Source: Chrysomallon squamiferum (taxonomy: Eukaryota > Animalia > Mollusca). Taken from it: a stretch of DNA of 64,000 bases. Location of the stretch: positions 18,848,001 through 18,912,000 of the forward strand of contig CM022667.1 of the NCBI GenBank assembly GCA_012295275.1, read 5' to 3'. A program made the translations under genes and the position numbers. This document shows, piece after piece, positions 27,208 to 42,231 of this stretch. How positions within the stretch are numbered: the first letter of the stretch is position 1; each line of letters begins with the position of its first letter. The notes below the pieces were generated by a model. It worked only from the letters and a program-made list of their open reading frames with translations, was not told where the DNA came from and did not search any database.

Positions 27208-28850
27208 CCTGTTGTTGTCATTACCATTATTGTCATCATCATCATCATCAATGGTATTTCTCAAAATCACGTTGTTCAATTTCACACCGTAATATTTCTG
27301 GTTTTGCTGAGTATATTGATTCTGTTTTTGTTCTTTTGTTTCTATGTCGTTGTTTTCTTCAGAAAGATGTGGGAGTAAAAGTCGCGTTTGGTTCAAATTA
27401 GGATATCAACCTCTATATTGATTCTGAAAGTACATGTGGTTTCTCCCCCAAAAATTAGTTTTTAGAAGTTTATGAGTTTCAATTTTAAAAGTGTATGGAA
27501 TTTGAGCGAAATAAATTAACCCGTCTTCTTTTTTTATATTTTTTTTTATTTCAATATGGTTCATATTCATGAAACAGCCGAACTAAATTATCGGATTGAA
27601 CTATTATATTTGCTCTGCATTTTGGATTTTAACACAGAAATATTATTATACAATTATCGTTCATTTAAAAATAAATAATTACAATCCAAAATTCATTTAC
27701 ACTATATATTTTACAGTGTCTGTTTAGATCTAAAATAATAATCATAGTAATAGAAACGCTGAATAACATACTTCAGTGATATAGTATATATCTATCTCAC
27801 TGATAAGCTGTATTACCTATATAAAATAGGTTTATATTTCATGCCTCTGGATTACAGACCATACTTCAGTGTACAACATATAGAATAAGATACTTGGTTT
27901 TTAATTTTTCTTTAATGAATTATTAGTATTAACAAATAATTAACATTTTCGTTCTTATTACAGATTTCATTAAAGTTCTTTTTTTAATTAATTTATTTTT
28001 GTATTTTAGTTTTGTATGAAAAAGAACAAATAAATAGATACTGAGATCAGCCCCCACATCAAAAACGAATTGGTTTCACGTAAGATAAGAGTCCGGGCTT
28101 CTTAAAATGAGTTCTGTACAAGCTCTCACTGATTATGCGCCTAGTTTAAGATAAATAAACCATAGATATTCAGAGTTTACAGATTCAAGATTTAAAATTC
28201 CAAATTCCATTTCCACGGCCTTTTGTCACCTTTTTTCTGAGAACACAACCATCAAATTTGATAAAATAAACATAAAACAAAAACATAAAACATAAACATT
28301 AGGTTTTTAAAAGTTTATTTTGTTCCTGTTTCAATTTACTTTTTGAGACTTATCCTTTATCAACAAAAAAAACAAAACAATAAACAACAACAAAAAATAA
28401 AATACAACAGCTGTTAAAATTTCTGACGAAATTAACAATATTGTAGTTTAAAAATTGTGTGTTATAACTGACCCAGCGGGTCTCTGAGAGATGTATGCAC
28501 ATACAGCAAATGCATTCCATCCAACTGTTTTTATGTCAATGTGCTTGACACATCCAGCAGCGTCGTAATATATTCTTTTTTATAGGATATTTCTGTGACA
28601 ATCTTTTTTTTTTTTTTTTAAATGTTTATATCAAATGTTTGTAGCTTCGAAATAAATTAAAATAAAGTGATAAAACTTGGTAATAGGTTAGTTGTATATG
28701 CCCAGTCGCTTTGGGTAAGTAAATCAGAACAGTTTGTTATATCGCACGCCGCTATGTATACTGCACGTGCAAACGGATGTATTGAAATCGTATTTTGATG
28801 CGTGACACACCATGATGCAGAAACAAAAGGAAGCTTTTATCCTGTTTATA

Positions 28851-29597
28851 ACGGGTCGCCGTCCAGGCTTAACGCAAAATCAACGTCATGAAGAAATAGG
28901 ACGGCTTCACGCCGGTCAACGCGTACACGGCGTCACTAAGTACCTTCCTATTGCTGTCAGTACCATATGACGACTCCAACAACGAGTACACCAAATTGGG
29001 AAAGTTCGAGATCGACCACGTTCTGGTAGACCACGATTAACTACTCCAAGGGAACATAGTGACGTCATCTCGACGTCTCAGGTTCGAAAGTGCTCTACTT
29101 TAGCACGTACGTTACAGCAAACCACAGCACTAGAATTCATGCTCAAACTTTCCGCAATCGTCTCCATGCTGCTGGTTTACAAGCACGTCGCCCTGTCGTA
29201 GCTGTTCCCCTGACAGCGCGTCACGTTCAGGAACGTCTGAGATAGGCCACAATACATCAACACTTGCGATGCAAACAATGGGATCTGTCATTCCATTCAG
29301 CATCCTGGCTTTCTCTTTCAACATGACATCGATAGACCACCACTCATCTTCTTGAGTGGAACTACATTGAACTGGACCCCAAAGACCCCGACTTATTCCC
29401 AGTTGAATATCATGGCACCTACTGGGCCGTAGGGTAAGCGAAAACCATCCTCATATCTTTAATGTCCATGACCTATAAATTGCTCTGAACCGGGAATGGA
29501 ACCCAATTACTGTTCCTGTGATTAACGCTATGATCAGAAGCATGAGACGACGATGTAATGCTGTCATCAATGCGCTGGTGTACACACACATTATTGA
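28851..29597 (+). mobile_element. Degenerate Tc1-like transposase relic, copy 2
   Basis: Paralogous to 18687 and 38572. The start codon is mutated to ACG. It retains RDRPRSGRPR and a degenerate WT.K.PDL.PVE region. Confidence 0.85.
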
Positions 29598-29850
29598 GTG
29601 TCTCTCAACACTTTATTAGAAGTACCCCTCTCTTTCATCAGCTCACATTAAAGCAAAGACGCTGACACCGTGACGACGTGTTACTACTGCTGGCCACATT
29701 CAGAAATGCTCTATCAATGAAATAACGTGTACAAATAAAATCAATATCCAATCAGGCTGTCTGTATTTCGTATCTTGTATGTAATTGCACAGTATATACA
29801 TCACCCCAGATCGTATATGCTTAGCGTTTTGAATAAAATACATAAAGTTG

Positions 29851-29957
<107 letters not shown>

Positions 29958-31242
29958 TAATAGTAATAGTAATAGAAAATCGGTCTTTTCCGTCATTCAG
30001 GAATAAAAGATCGAAGTTCCACGATCACCATGTTCTTTAAAAATAGAATTGTTAACATCAATATTCATGAAGTCTTTGTATAATGAATATTCATTAGCAC
30101 TTTGACTTTCGTGTTGTGACTGTCATCCGCTATGTTCCACTTCTGAACTTCAGTAGATCTAACCCGACACTGCACAATTTAAAGTGAATTTTGCATTGTA
30201 TTTACTTGTTTTTAAATGAATGATAATTGTATAATGATAATTTTATGTTAAAATCTGAAAAGCAATCCAAATATAATTCATTCCTAATAGTTCAATTCGA
30301 TCATTTCGATCGGCTGTTTCGTGTGTATCAGTAAAATTGTAACGGAAAAAAAAAAGATTTGTGAAACAAAATAAAAATAAATAAATAAATATCTAAATAA
30401 AACAATCAATCAATCAATCAATAATAATAATAATAATAACTGAATAACTAAATAACAAATCGTTTGTTATTTTTACAAAGAAAGGTGAATTTCAGTTGTA
30501 GAAGTGATCCGATAAAAAACACTTAAATTGAACAAAAGCCTTGTTATAGCAGAGTAACATATGCATGTGCTCTGCATTTAGATATTTTATTTTAATTATT
30601 TTGTTTTCACTTCTTTAACTTTATTATTATTGTTATTGTTATTACTGTTGTCGTTGTTGCTGCTCCTGTTTCAATGTTCATTTATTTCACACAATTTCCA
30701 TACAGTTATAAATTTGAAATTCATAATAAAAAAAAAATTATAAAAAATAATTCAGTTTGAAATCACTACCATTCACCTAAATGAAAATATACCACACTCA
30801 CTGATTTATTTCATTACATAATTACCTCCACATCGTTACATTTTAGATTTCTAAAACCAATAGGTGAACAGATGGACCTACAATTATAAAACACCTTGTT
30901 AATATATGTGTGCGTTATTGTGTCTGTGTGTGTGTGTGTGTCTGTGTGTGTGCTGTTCCCAAAATAGTTCTTACTTACCTCTTAATATAAATGTATATGT
31001 ACTTTTAGAGTCAAAATAGAGGTTGATATCCTAATTTTAACAACACTTTTACTCCTAGATTTTTCTGAAGAAAAATACAACATTGAAACAAAAGGACAAA
31101 AAAGTCAATATACTCAGCAAACACCTAATAGCAAGAGCTTCACATGCACAGCAATATTACAAATTTATTAACTAGATTTTGAAGATTATCATTGATGATG
31201 ATGATAATGATGACAAAAATAATGCATGCAGCAACACACACA

Positions 31243-31342
<100 letters not shown>

Positions 31343-33189
31343 GCAAATTCATGAATACTTTTCTGCAGTTTTAATATAGAAGATGACATCCAAAACCCAG
31401 ATTCCTTTGATGGGAAAGCTTCTCATTTTTATCTGTTAACTTAATTATTAACAACTGCCTATTCACTTTAATAAAATAAATTAAATTCTACGAAACTTAG
31501 CTCTATAATTTGTATCAAACATTAGAAAAATTTAAAATACAAAACCTTTAGATAGAAATTTAACTTTAAAACAACAAAATGTGGTATTAAGCCCAAGGAC
31601 ATGAAGACTTTCTGTATAACTTTTGTAATCTCCCAAAGATTTCAATTTTTGGGGACTTTATTTATGAACATTCGACACTATCTGATAATCAACAAATATA
31701 AAAAAAAGAAAAAAAGTCGACGTCATCTTTATTCTTTTGATATCAACTTGCAAAGACATTACAACAAAGTGCTTTCTTCTGGATCATCTATTAAGCAAAA
31801 CTGTGCATAGTCAAGTATTCCATTTGACTGCCTTTCTGTCTGTATGGCTTGTTTGATACATGACTATTGGAACGTGTGACTATACGACATAAAGCTGTAT
31901 ATTCTCAGAAATCAATGTGATTTTGTATATAGTTCGAAACCTGTGTGTTACTCTCTATTATTCTGTATTTTAAACTAGCAGAAACAGATAAAATAAGATC
32001 AACATATCGTGATATGACTGATATGAAATAATTTACGAATTTGTATCTGAATAATTTTCGTTGTAATTTTTACTTCGTAATGTACGGAGAAACTGTCATT
32101 CCTTTCAGTCATTTGGCAACTTAAACACTGAGTTACTCGTATAGTTTTAAACGAATATTTACGTATTATATATAAAAGTGACACTTTTTATGAGATCCAG
32201 AGGTATGCATTATTTTTAAACATGTTGCGAACATCCATAAATTTCAATCATTAATTTATTCATAGCATTAATTAGCTAAAACGTATCTAACTTCTTATTT
32301 ATACCTCAAAGGTTCTACAGATATCAAACGAGTATAATAAAAGGTTTAGAGTAAAATACTTCACAGATCCTGTTTGAATGTATGAAAATACATCAACCAT
32401 CTCACACAAAAATCATTTGGCACTGCATTTCCAGGTATTATCTGGAGCCAAAGCACCTTGTGAAGAAATATGAGTTCTACATGGAACCTTCATGGATTTA
32501 AAATGCTTATGAAGGATAAACCACCTATTGATATCTTAAATCTCGTGGACTTTTTTCAAACAATAAACACTTGGATAACACAAAAAAAACGTGCAATATT
32601 TTTGCAAATTATTGTGAATTCATGTGGATTTCACATGAAACACACACGAGTTTTCGGCATATTAGTTGACGTGTTTTCTACTAGTCAGTGTCGTAAGGGA
32701 TTTTGTTATGTTAGAAACTATGAATCAATCCTTTCAAAAACAACCAACATTTTTATTATCTCAAAAAGCTCTACTGAAATGTCGACACTTGAAAACCAAC
32801 AAAGATTACAACTTGTTCCTAATTATCTTTTTACAGTTTATTTAATCGTCTCTGTTAATATAAAGACACACATATATAATATACAGCGACCTTCATTTCC
32901 ATTATTAAAATGTTCATTGATTATTTTGTCAGTAATACAAAAAAGTAAAATTGCATATAATGCAATTTTACTAAAATTAATGTTGTTTGTCATCAGGGAT
33001 TTGATAATATTCTCGTTAATAGAACACCAGACACATTTTCTCAAATCGTGAGTTCTGTATTCGAATTTGCTTCTCCTGGAAAGATAATCAATAATCAATA
33101 TTCAGTCCGAACCAAATACAGATACTCACTGCGTAGTACAAATTATTACACCGGACAGTTTGGTTGAAATTCTTTCAAACTTGCGAGAG

Positions 33190-33607
33190 ATGGATTATTC
33201 ACCATTTATTTTGCTGGTAGCGTTTGTAATCTGTTGTCATGGTAACGAGAGGTAGGTAATATCTGTTTTTATATATTCTTAACTATATCTGAATATAAAC
33301 TCTTTGATATTGCAAGAAGAGAAATCAGTTCTTATAAAATTAAATCAAACGAAATAAAAATTTAATTTTATTATAAATTTCTTTTATTTATAGTAGAGTG
33401 GTGGTTATGGTAGGTAAAATTTAAAAAATTATTCTGAGATGGTGATAATGTAACCAAACTAATCTATCTTTACTAATTCAAATAACATAATATTTCTTTT
33501 TCTTCTTCTTCTTCTTCTTCTTCTTCTTATGGTAGGTGAAAACAAACAAATTATCCGAGATAGTTATAATGTAACCAAACTAATCTATCTTTCCTAATTC
33601 AAATAAC

Positions 33608-33675
<68 letters not shown>

Positions 33676-33992
33676 CACAGGTGCAACAAGAAAATGATGT
33701 GGATTAAAAATCCTAATTTTGAAAATCTTCAGATAAACCAGGCTCTCATATCTTCTGCTGAAAGAATTACATCGCAAGGCCATTGTGGGAGACGATGCGC
33801 AGATAATTCTTCATGTATTTGGTTTTCGTACAACGTGTATGGAATTTGTCGTCTGCATTATTTGAGATTTATGAATTCAGCAAGCTTTTCAGCTTCACCT
33901 GGCTGGACGCACTTTTACCTGAGTGCAGGTAGAAAATTACAGACACACGCACACATACACATATATATTAAAACAAATACTTTAAATTAGTT

Positions 33993-34033
<41 letters not shown>

Positions 34034-34870
34034 CAGTAACAATAATTTTAAAATATTAAAAATTTTAATATTTATATATTTCTTGGAATGTAAAGAAATT
34101 TCTGATCCTATCCTTGTAACAAAAATGAGTCCTTTATTATATAACTTTAATATAAGTATGATTCTTAATTCTCAAAACGAATTATAATTTTATAATCTGT
34201 TGGAAATTATTATCCTTTCCTGGCAGGTTCCTGTCCAGTGGAAGATGGGTTTGTTTATCTGGACAAACTGAATCTCTGTTTCAAAGTAGTCAGCGATCAG
34301 AAAACTTTTACTGAAGCACGTCTCGCCTGCAGTCAGATCGGTTCAAGACTGATTGTACTGGACACAGAAGAGAAAAACACAGCTGTTGGTGACTACATCC
34401 AAGCAAACATAGGTAGGAACATAAATATTGAAAAGTAACTACTACTAATACTACTAATCCACAACTATTTCATTTACTTGTCAATAAAATCTTCTATAAT
34501 AAATACGGTATTTTTTTACCAGTTGTAACTAAATACATTTTCAATTCATTGTTATTATTATTGTTATTGTTGTTGTTGTTGTTGTTGTTGTCTTTCTCGC
34601 TGATTTTATTGTCATTGCTATTTTTTTTTTTTCTGTTATTGTTATTCAGCCACAGGTGAAAATATATACATCGGACTGACTGATGCTGTTACAGAAGACG
34701 TGTATGTTTGGGAGAACGGAGTTCAAGCAGTGTTTTTCAATTGGGGAACCAATGAACCACATGATAATCTTTTTGACGAGGACTGTGTTATGTTACGTTT
34801 TCCTTTAAACACATGGCATGATTTCTTGTGCTCTAAAAAAGAAAATTACATTTGTGAGAAACCAATGTGA
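33190..34870 (+). CDS. Secreted PAN/Apple + C-type lectin protein, paralogue C, 238 aa; exons 33190-33251, 33681-33928, 34227-34412, 34650-34870
   Basis: Exon lengths (62/248/186/221) and phases are identical to B and the frame is open. Motifs CGRRCADNSSCIWFSY, YIGLTD, WGTNEPHDNLFDEDC, WHDFLC..YICEKPM*. Confidence 0.93.
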
Positions 34871-36720
34871 TTTTTTCTATTATTGGATCCTAATTTGATA
34901 CTGTTACAATGAAACTAACAAATCAGTTAATTTTTTTTTTTTAATTCTTTAATGAATCAGTAATTTATAAATTCTGTCGTCAATCATGATTATTATGATG
35001 ATTCTGATGTTATGATGTGGTTGATTAAAATAAAATAGCTGTCTAAAACAGAGTTACTCATTCCTTCATCAAAATGTTTCGTCGTCAAGAGCATTTCATG
35101 AATTAAAAATTCACAGCAGGTGTAGTTGTATTTCAAAAGTTACAATTAATTAATTAAGTTTTCAGAAAAACGTAAGTAAATTACTTGAAACGTTGTCTGT
35201 TAACTCCGATTACATTAAACGTAACCAGGTTGTATGTAGGGATTTGTTTCGATGAATTTATAATTAAATCAAACATTTAATCAAGAAAGGTTACTCAGAA
35301 CTAAAATAAATGTAAATAAGTTTTGAAATCCTTAATTACTAAAGATGTAACCAAAATTACAATTAATAATTGATAGTCTATACATTTCCATATGTAACAC
35401 AGAAAGTAATATGAACAGTCAGTCGATACATAATGAAACAAAGAAACAAACAAAACCTCAGCAAAAACAAACATCCCTTTTTTCTTGTACTACAATTACA
35501 ACAGCAACAACGACCAACACAAGTACTGCTACAAATAGTAAGAGTACTACTACTAATGAAACATATTTAAAGGAAACATTATATTCTCTTATACAAGAAT
35601 AAAAGTATATACGAAAAAATATATCCCGTTCTACATGATTAATAATAAGGACGACAACATCAACAACCTGCTTATATTCATCTCCATCAGGGAATTTTTA
35701 TTTTATCAAATGTAATATTTTTAAGTAAGCATCACAATAAATTTCATAATCTTCACAAGTGAGAAAACACAGCAACGACAACGACAACAACAATCATAAC
35801 AATCGACACCGTATCTGAATGATTAAAAATTAAATTCCAGTTGTGAATTTTGAATAATAATGATTTGTTCTGTTGTTCATTGAACTATATTTAGTTATGA
35901 TAGTATCATATACTACATAAAAAAATGTGTTTTCTAGTCTGATCATTAACAACAAGTTAGTCATAATTAATTTTTCTTCTGTTTCTTTATTTATTTTACA
36001 TTTTTTATATAAGAAAAAAATACTAATTATCATAATATTAGTCACAGTCACAATAATCAACTTTTACTGTAATTATTTTCTATTTACCTTTATTGATTAT
36101 CAGATAGAGTCGAAGGTTAATAAATGTAGTCATCAAAAATTAAACTCTTTGTGAGACTGCAACTATTATAACACTACTATATACTAGAAAAATGTGGTTT
36201 CTATGTATCATCACTAACAACAAGTGAGTCATAATTAATTTTTCTTGTGTTTATTTATTTTACATTTTCTATGGGCATCGGCACCAATACTATATAAGAA
36301 AAAAAAGTATTCATTATCATAATTACCATAACATTAGTCAAGATCGTTGATATCAGCAGAGGAAAGCTGACGTCCACTTTTACAGTAACTGTTTGTTTTC
36401 TGTTTACCTTTATTGATTATCAGATAGAGTCGAAGGTTAGTAAATGTAGTCATCAAAAATTAAACTCTTTGGGAGACTACAACTATTATACTGAACGTGT
36501 TCATGTGCTTCGGCTTCATACCACATTTTTGCTAAAGTTAAATTTCTGTCTAAATGTTTTCAATTGTTTGATACTAATTAGTAGCTTAGTTTCGTAGACT
36601 TTTATTTGCTTTATTGAAAAGAACTGGTAGTTGTAAATAATTAAGTTAACAGCTAAAAATGAGAACCTTTCTCATCAAAGGAATTTGGTTTTGGATGTCC
36701 TCTTCTGTAGTAAAAAAGAG

Positions 36721-36809
<89 letters not shown>

Positions 36810-37079
36810 GCTGCATGCATTATTTTTGTCATCATCATCATCAATGATAATCTTCAAGTTAAATTTCTGTCTAAACGTTTTCTACTTTAACTGTTTCTAA
36901 TGTTTGATACTAATTAGTAGTTTAGTTTCGTATAATTTTATTTGTTTTATTAAAGAGAACTGGCAGTTGTAAATAATTAAGTTAACAGCTAAAGATGAAA
37001 ACTTTTCTCATCAAAGGCAACTGGATTTTGGTTGTCCTCTTCTATTGAAAAATTGCAGAAAGGTATTCATGAATTTGCT

Positions 37080-37187
<108 letters not shown>

Positions 37188-38571
37188 CCATTATTGTCAT
37201 CATCATCATCAATGGTATTTCTCAAAATCAGGTTGTTCAATTTTACACTGTAATATTTCTGTTTTTGCTGAGTATATTGATTTAGTTTTTGTTCTTTTGT
37301 TTCTATGTTGTTGTTTTCTTCAGAAAGATCTGGGAGTAAAAGTCCCGATTTGTTAAAGTTAGGATATCAACCTCTATTGAGATTCTAAAACGCTGAATAA
37401 CATACTTCAGTGATATAGTATCTATCTATCTCACTGATAAGCTGTATTACCTATATAAAATATGTTTATATTTCATGGCTCTGGATTACAGACCATACTT
37501 CAATGTACAACATATAGAATAAGATACTTGGTTTTTAATTTTTCTTTAATGAATTATTAGTTATTAAATAACTAACATTTTCATTTTTATTGCAGTTTGC
37601 ATTAATATTATTTTTTATTTATTTTTTATTTTTATTTTATTTTAGTTTTGTATGACAAAGAACAAATAAATAGTTATTTAGCTCATCACCATATCAAAAA
37701 CAAATTAGTTTCACATAAGGTAGAGTCCGGGATTCTTAACGTGGGTTCTGCACAAGCCGTCACTGATTATGCGCCTATTTTCAGATAAATAAACCATTCA
37801 TATTCAGAGTTTACAGATTCCGATTCCACTGTATTTTGTCACTGTCTTTCTGAGAACATCCATCAAATTTGATAAAATAAACATTTACTTTTCCAGACTT
37901 ATCTTTTTTCAACAAAAGAAAAAAAAAAAAAAAAAAAAAAAAAAAATAGAACAGCAGTTAAAATTTCTGACGAAATTAATAATGTTATAGTGTACAAATT
38001 GTGTATACTAATTGCACCAAAGGGTTTCTGAGAGATTTATGCACATTCAACAAATACATTTCATCCAACTGTTTTTGTATCAATGTACATGACACATCCA
38101 ACAGCGACGTCATATATTCTCATTTCTATAGTAGGCTCCTGTGACAAGTCACTTTATTTTTCTTCTTAGACACAATACCTCATCTGTAGAGAATTTCGAT
38201 GTGTAAAATACTGGTACCACAACATACATTAATCCTACTAAATTCTTTAAAATAATTGATTTCAGTTAATAACTAATATCAGCATTTTGATATCATAATA
38301 CACTCTTTAAAAATCGACATGTTTAGGAATTATTCTTTACCAGAAAAGTTTGTATCAAATGTTTGTAGCTTATAAATAAATTAAAATGAAGTGATAAATA
38401 TTGGTAATACGTTAGTTGCATATGCCTAGTCACTTTGGGTAAGTGAAAGAGAACAGTTTGTTATATCGCACGCCGCTATACTGCACGTGCACACGAATGT
38501 ATTGAAATCATATTTTGATGCGCTGACACACCATGATCCTGAAACAAAAGGAAGATTTTATGCTGTTTATA

Positions 38572-39350
38572 ATGGGTGGCCGTCCAGACTTAACGGAAAA
38601 TCAACGTCATGAAGTAAGGGGACGGCTTAACGCCGGTCAACGCGTTCACGACGTCGTTCAGTACCTTCCTGTTGATGACAGTACCATGTGATGACTCCAA
38701 CAAAGAGTACCCCAAATTGGGAAAGTTCGAGATCGACCACGTTCTGGTAGACCACGATTAACAACTACAGGGGAACATAGCTACTTAGTGACGTCATCTC
38801 CACGTCACAGGTTCGAAAGTGCTCCTCTTTAGCACGTACGTTACAGCAAACCACAGGCACTAGAATTCATGCTCAAACGTTCCGCAGTCGTCTCCATGCT
38901 GCTGGTTTACAAGCACGTCGCCCTGTCGTAGCTGTTCCCCTGACAGCGCGTCACGTTCAGGAACGTCTGAGATAGGCCACAATACACCAACATTTGCTAC
39001 GCAGACAATGGGATCAGTCATTCCATTCAGCATCCTGGCTTTCTGTTTCAACATGATAATGCTAGACCACATAAGTAGACTAACCACTAATCTTCTTGAG
39101 CTGAACCACCTCCAAGTGTTGAACTGGCCACCAAAGTCCCTGGTCTTGTCACCAATTGAGCATCCATGGGATCTAATGGGCCATAGGGTATGCGAAAACC
39201 ATCCTCATATCGTTAATGTCCATGACCTACAAATTGGTTTGAACCTGGAATTGAACGCAATTCCTGTTCCTGAGATTAATGCTGTGTTCAGAAGCATTAG
39301 ACGACAATGTACTGCTGTCATCAATGCGCTGGTGTACACACACATTATTG
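38572..39350 (+). mobile_element. Degenerate Tc1-like transposase relic, copy 3 (best-preserved C-terminus)
   Basis: FQHDNARPH, then after a frameshift VLNWPPKSLVLSPIEHPWDLM and RSIRRQCTAVINA. These match the Tc1 DDE second-Asp and WPxxSPDLxPIE motifs. Confidence 0.9.
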
Positions 39351-39859
39351 AGCCTCTCTGACCATTTTGGTAGATGTACCCCTCCGTTTCATCAGTTGAC
39401 ATGCTTTTAGTAGAGGAAACACATTGAAAATTTAATGAACATATTTATTATATCACAAAGCAAAAGATCAATGAAACACTGAAATGTCTTAAAACCGATG
39501 ACAATTACCCTTACTCCTAATATAATTTAGATTTTCTCTCTATATTTATGATTTTATCTAATCCCCTCTATTATTATGAAAACACATATATTTCTTATAT
39601 AAACAATTATATTTTTACGTTAAGTAATTAATGAATAAAACTATCTATATTAATCGGAATTCCCATAAATCTCAATAAAATCTTAATATAATTAATGCTA
39701 TCTTTACAATGTATTCCGTTTATCATCCTAATCCTTGTGTTCTCTGACCATACCATGATTACTCTGTGTAACATGACTGTGTGATGAGAGTGTGTACACC
39801 CAATCTTAAACTTTGTCATTTTAAACTGTATGGCTATTGCTAGCTTACCTATATACACT

Positions 39860-40205
39860 ACCACACTGATTTCTGACAAACACAAAAGCACATTGGTTTG
39901 TGACAATATAGGGTATTACATTGATTTCTGACACTATAGAGTATTATACTGATTCCTGACAATACACAAAATCACATTGCTTTCTGACAATACAAAATTA
40001 CATTGGTTTCTAACAAACACAAAATCACATTGGTTTCTGACAAAACAAAATTACATTGGTTTCTAACAAACACAAAGTCACATTGGTTTCTGACAAAACA
40101 AAATTAGATTGGTTTCTAACAAACATAAAATCACATTGGTTTCTAAAAATATAGGGTATTACATTGATTTCTCACAGTACACAAAATCACTTTGGTTTCT
40201 CACAA
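39860..40205 (-). repeat. ~27-bp minisatellite (~13 units) in the 3' flank of lectin D; its first unit is the end of the CDS
   Basis: CA(C/T)TG(G/A)TTTCT(G/A)ACA recurs at 39863, 39891, 39919, 39947, 39975, 40001, 40028, 40054, 40081, 40107, 40134, 40162 and 40190. Confidence 0.93.
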
Positions 40206-41425
40206 ACGTAAATTGCTCCTTGAGAACATCTGACATCATGCCATTTGTTGAAAGAAAAACGTAACGTAACACAGTCCTCGTTAGAATCACCACCGTTAGG
40301 TTGACCTACTCCCCAGTTGAAAAACACTGCCTGAACTCCGTTCTCCCAAACATACACGTCTTCTGTATCTAAGTGAGTCAGTCCGATGAAAACATATTGA
40401 TCAGTCTCTGTATAATAATAACAATAATTATAGACTAACAACACCAACAATAATTTATCTGTGGCAACAACAATAACAACAACAATAATGTAAATCTAAT
40501 GCATTTATAAGCTACTGCACAGCAATACTGCATGTACTGTAGAAGTGTTGTTGTTATTTGTTGTTGGTTTTTTGTTGTTAATTTTTTAATTTTTTTTATT
40601 TTTTTTATTTTTTGCTTGTTTTTGTTTTTTAGTAGATCAAATAGTTATTTAACAGAAGTGGTACTTATGGTATATTTAAGTTCCTACCTATGTTTGCTTG
40701 GATGTAGTCACCAACAGCTGTGTTTTTCTCTTCTGTGTCCAGTACAATCAGTTTTGAACCTATCTGACTGCAGGCGTCACGTGCTTCAGCAAATGTTTTA
40801 TGATCACTGGACACTTTGAAACAGAGATTCAGTTTGTCCAGATAAACAAACCCATCTTCCACTGGACAGGAACCTGCCAGGAAATGATAATAATTTAGAA
40901 ACGTTTTTAAAGTAATAATTTGTATTCAAGATTAAGAATAACAGACAGACTAATTATTGTTATAAAATTAGTACTAGAAATTTGTTTACGATCGTAGAAA
41001 CATACTTAAAAGAAAATTTCTCTATTATTCCATTCATGTTTCTGATGATTTAAAATATTGTTATTTACTGTCTTCAAAATGAAATAAAATGTAAAAAAAA
41101 AAATTAATTCCTTTATTTATTTATTTATTTATTTTAAATACATTTTTCTACCTGCACTCAAGTAAAAGTGCGTCCAGCCAGGTGAAGCTGAAAAGCTTGC
41201 TGAATTCATAAATCTCAAATAATGCAGACGACAAATTCCATACACGTTGTACGAAAACCAAATACAGGAAGAGTTATCTGCGCATCGTATCCCACAATCC
41301 CGTTGTGATGTGATTCTTTCAGCAGAAGATATGAGAGCCTTGGTAATCTCAATATTTTCAAAATTAGGATTTTTTATCCACATCATTGTCTTGTTGCACC
41401 TGTGATGATGATGATGATGATGATG

Positions 41426-41484
<59 letters not shown>

Positions 41485-42231
41485 TTTATTTGAATCAGTA
41501 AAGATAGATTAGTGTTGTTATACTAACACCATCTCCGAATAATTTGCTTAATTTTTGCCTACCACAACTACTAAAACTACTAGTACTGCTACTGGTACTA
41601 CCACTGCAGCTACGACTACTACTACAACTAGTAATATTACTACAACCACGACCACTACTACTACTACTGTTATTGCTTCTGGTAAAATTACAATTACTAT
41701 TGTTACTACTACTTTTTCTACCAGTCATAATTATTACTGTTGCAACAATATGTAAATAAAAAGTGAACATTAAATTAACATTAGATATTAAAAATCTTAC
41801 AAAATTAGTGTTGTTGTTGTTGTTGTTGTTTTTATTATTAACATCATTATTATCATCATCACCATCATTAGTAGTAGTAGTAGTAGTTGTTGTTGTTGTT
41901 GTTGTTGTTGTAATAGTAGTAGTTGTTGTTGTTGTAGTAGTAATAGTAGTATAGTAGTAGTAGTAGTTAGTAGGAAATAATTCATCCAAGAAAAGAAAAC
42001 TGAAATAAAACAATGAAAAATTAATCTGTCATCCGTTTGATTTGATTTTATAACGACAGATTCGTCATACTGCAATATCACACACAGTCATCTTCGTTGT
42101 AAATTTTATCTCTATCCTCAGAAATAGTTCATAATATTTTTTTTTTCAGAAGAAACAAAGCATGCTTACCTTTCGTCACCATGGCAACATGTTACAAATG
42201 CTACCAACAAACTAAATGGTGAGTACCTCAT
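40187..42231 (-). CDS. Secreted PAN/Apple + C-type lectin protein, paralogue D, 238 aa; exons 42231-42170, 41399-41152, 40873-40688, 40407-40187
   Basis: Same exon lengths and phases as B and C. Signal peptide MRYSPFSLLVAFVTCCHG; donor AG|GTAAGC; PAN CGIRCADNSSCIWFSY; CTLD FIGLTH..WGVGQPNGGDSNEDCV..WHDVRC..YVCEKPK*. Confidence 0.93.

Noticed and set aside
32470-33051. 193-aa ORF and its paralogous ORFs at 12344-12679 and 22320-22655
   Set aside because: Duplicated AT-rich upstream DNA. The paralogues differ by frameshifts and stops, and no domain is recognisable.
41495-42081. Thr/Asn/Ser-rich mucin-like ORFs
   Set aside because: Compound trinucleotide microsatellites inside intron 1 of lectin D (770 bp versus 297-456 bp in paralogues); no supported splice sites.
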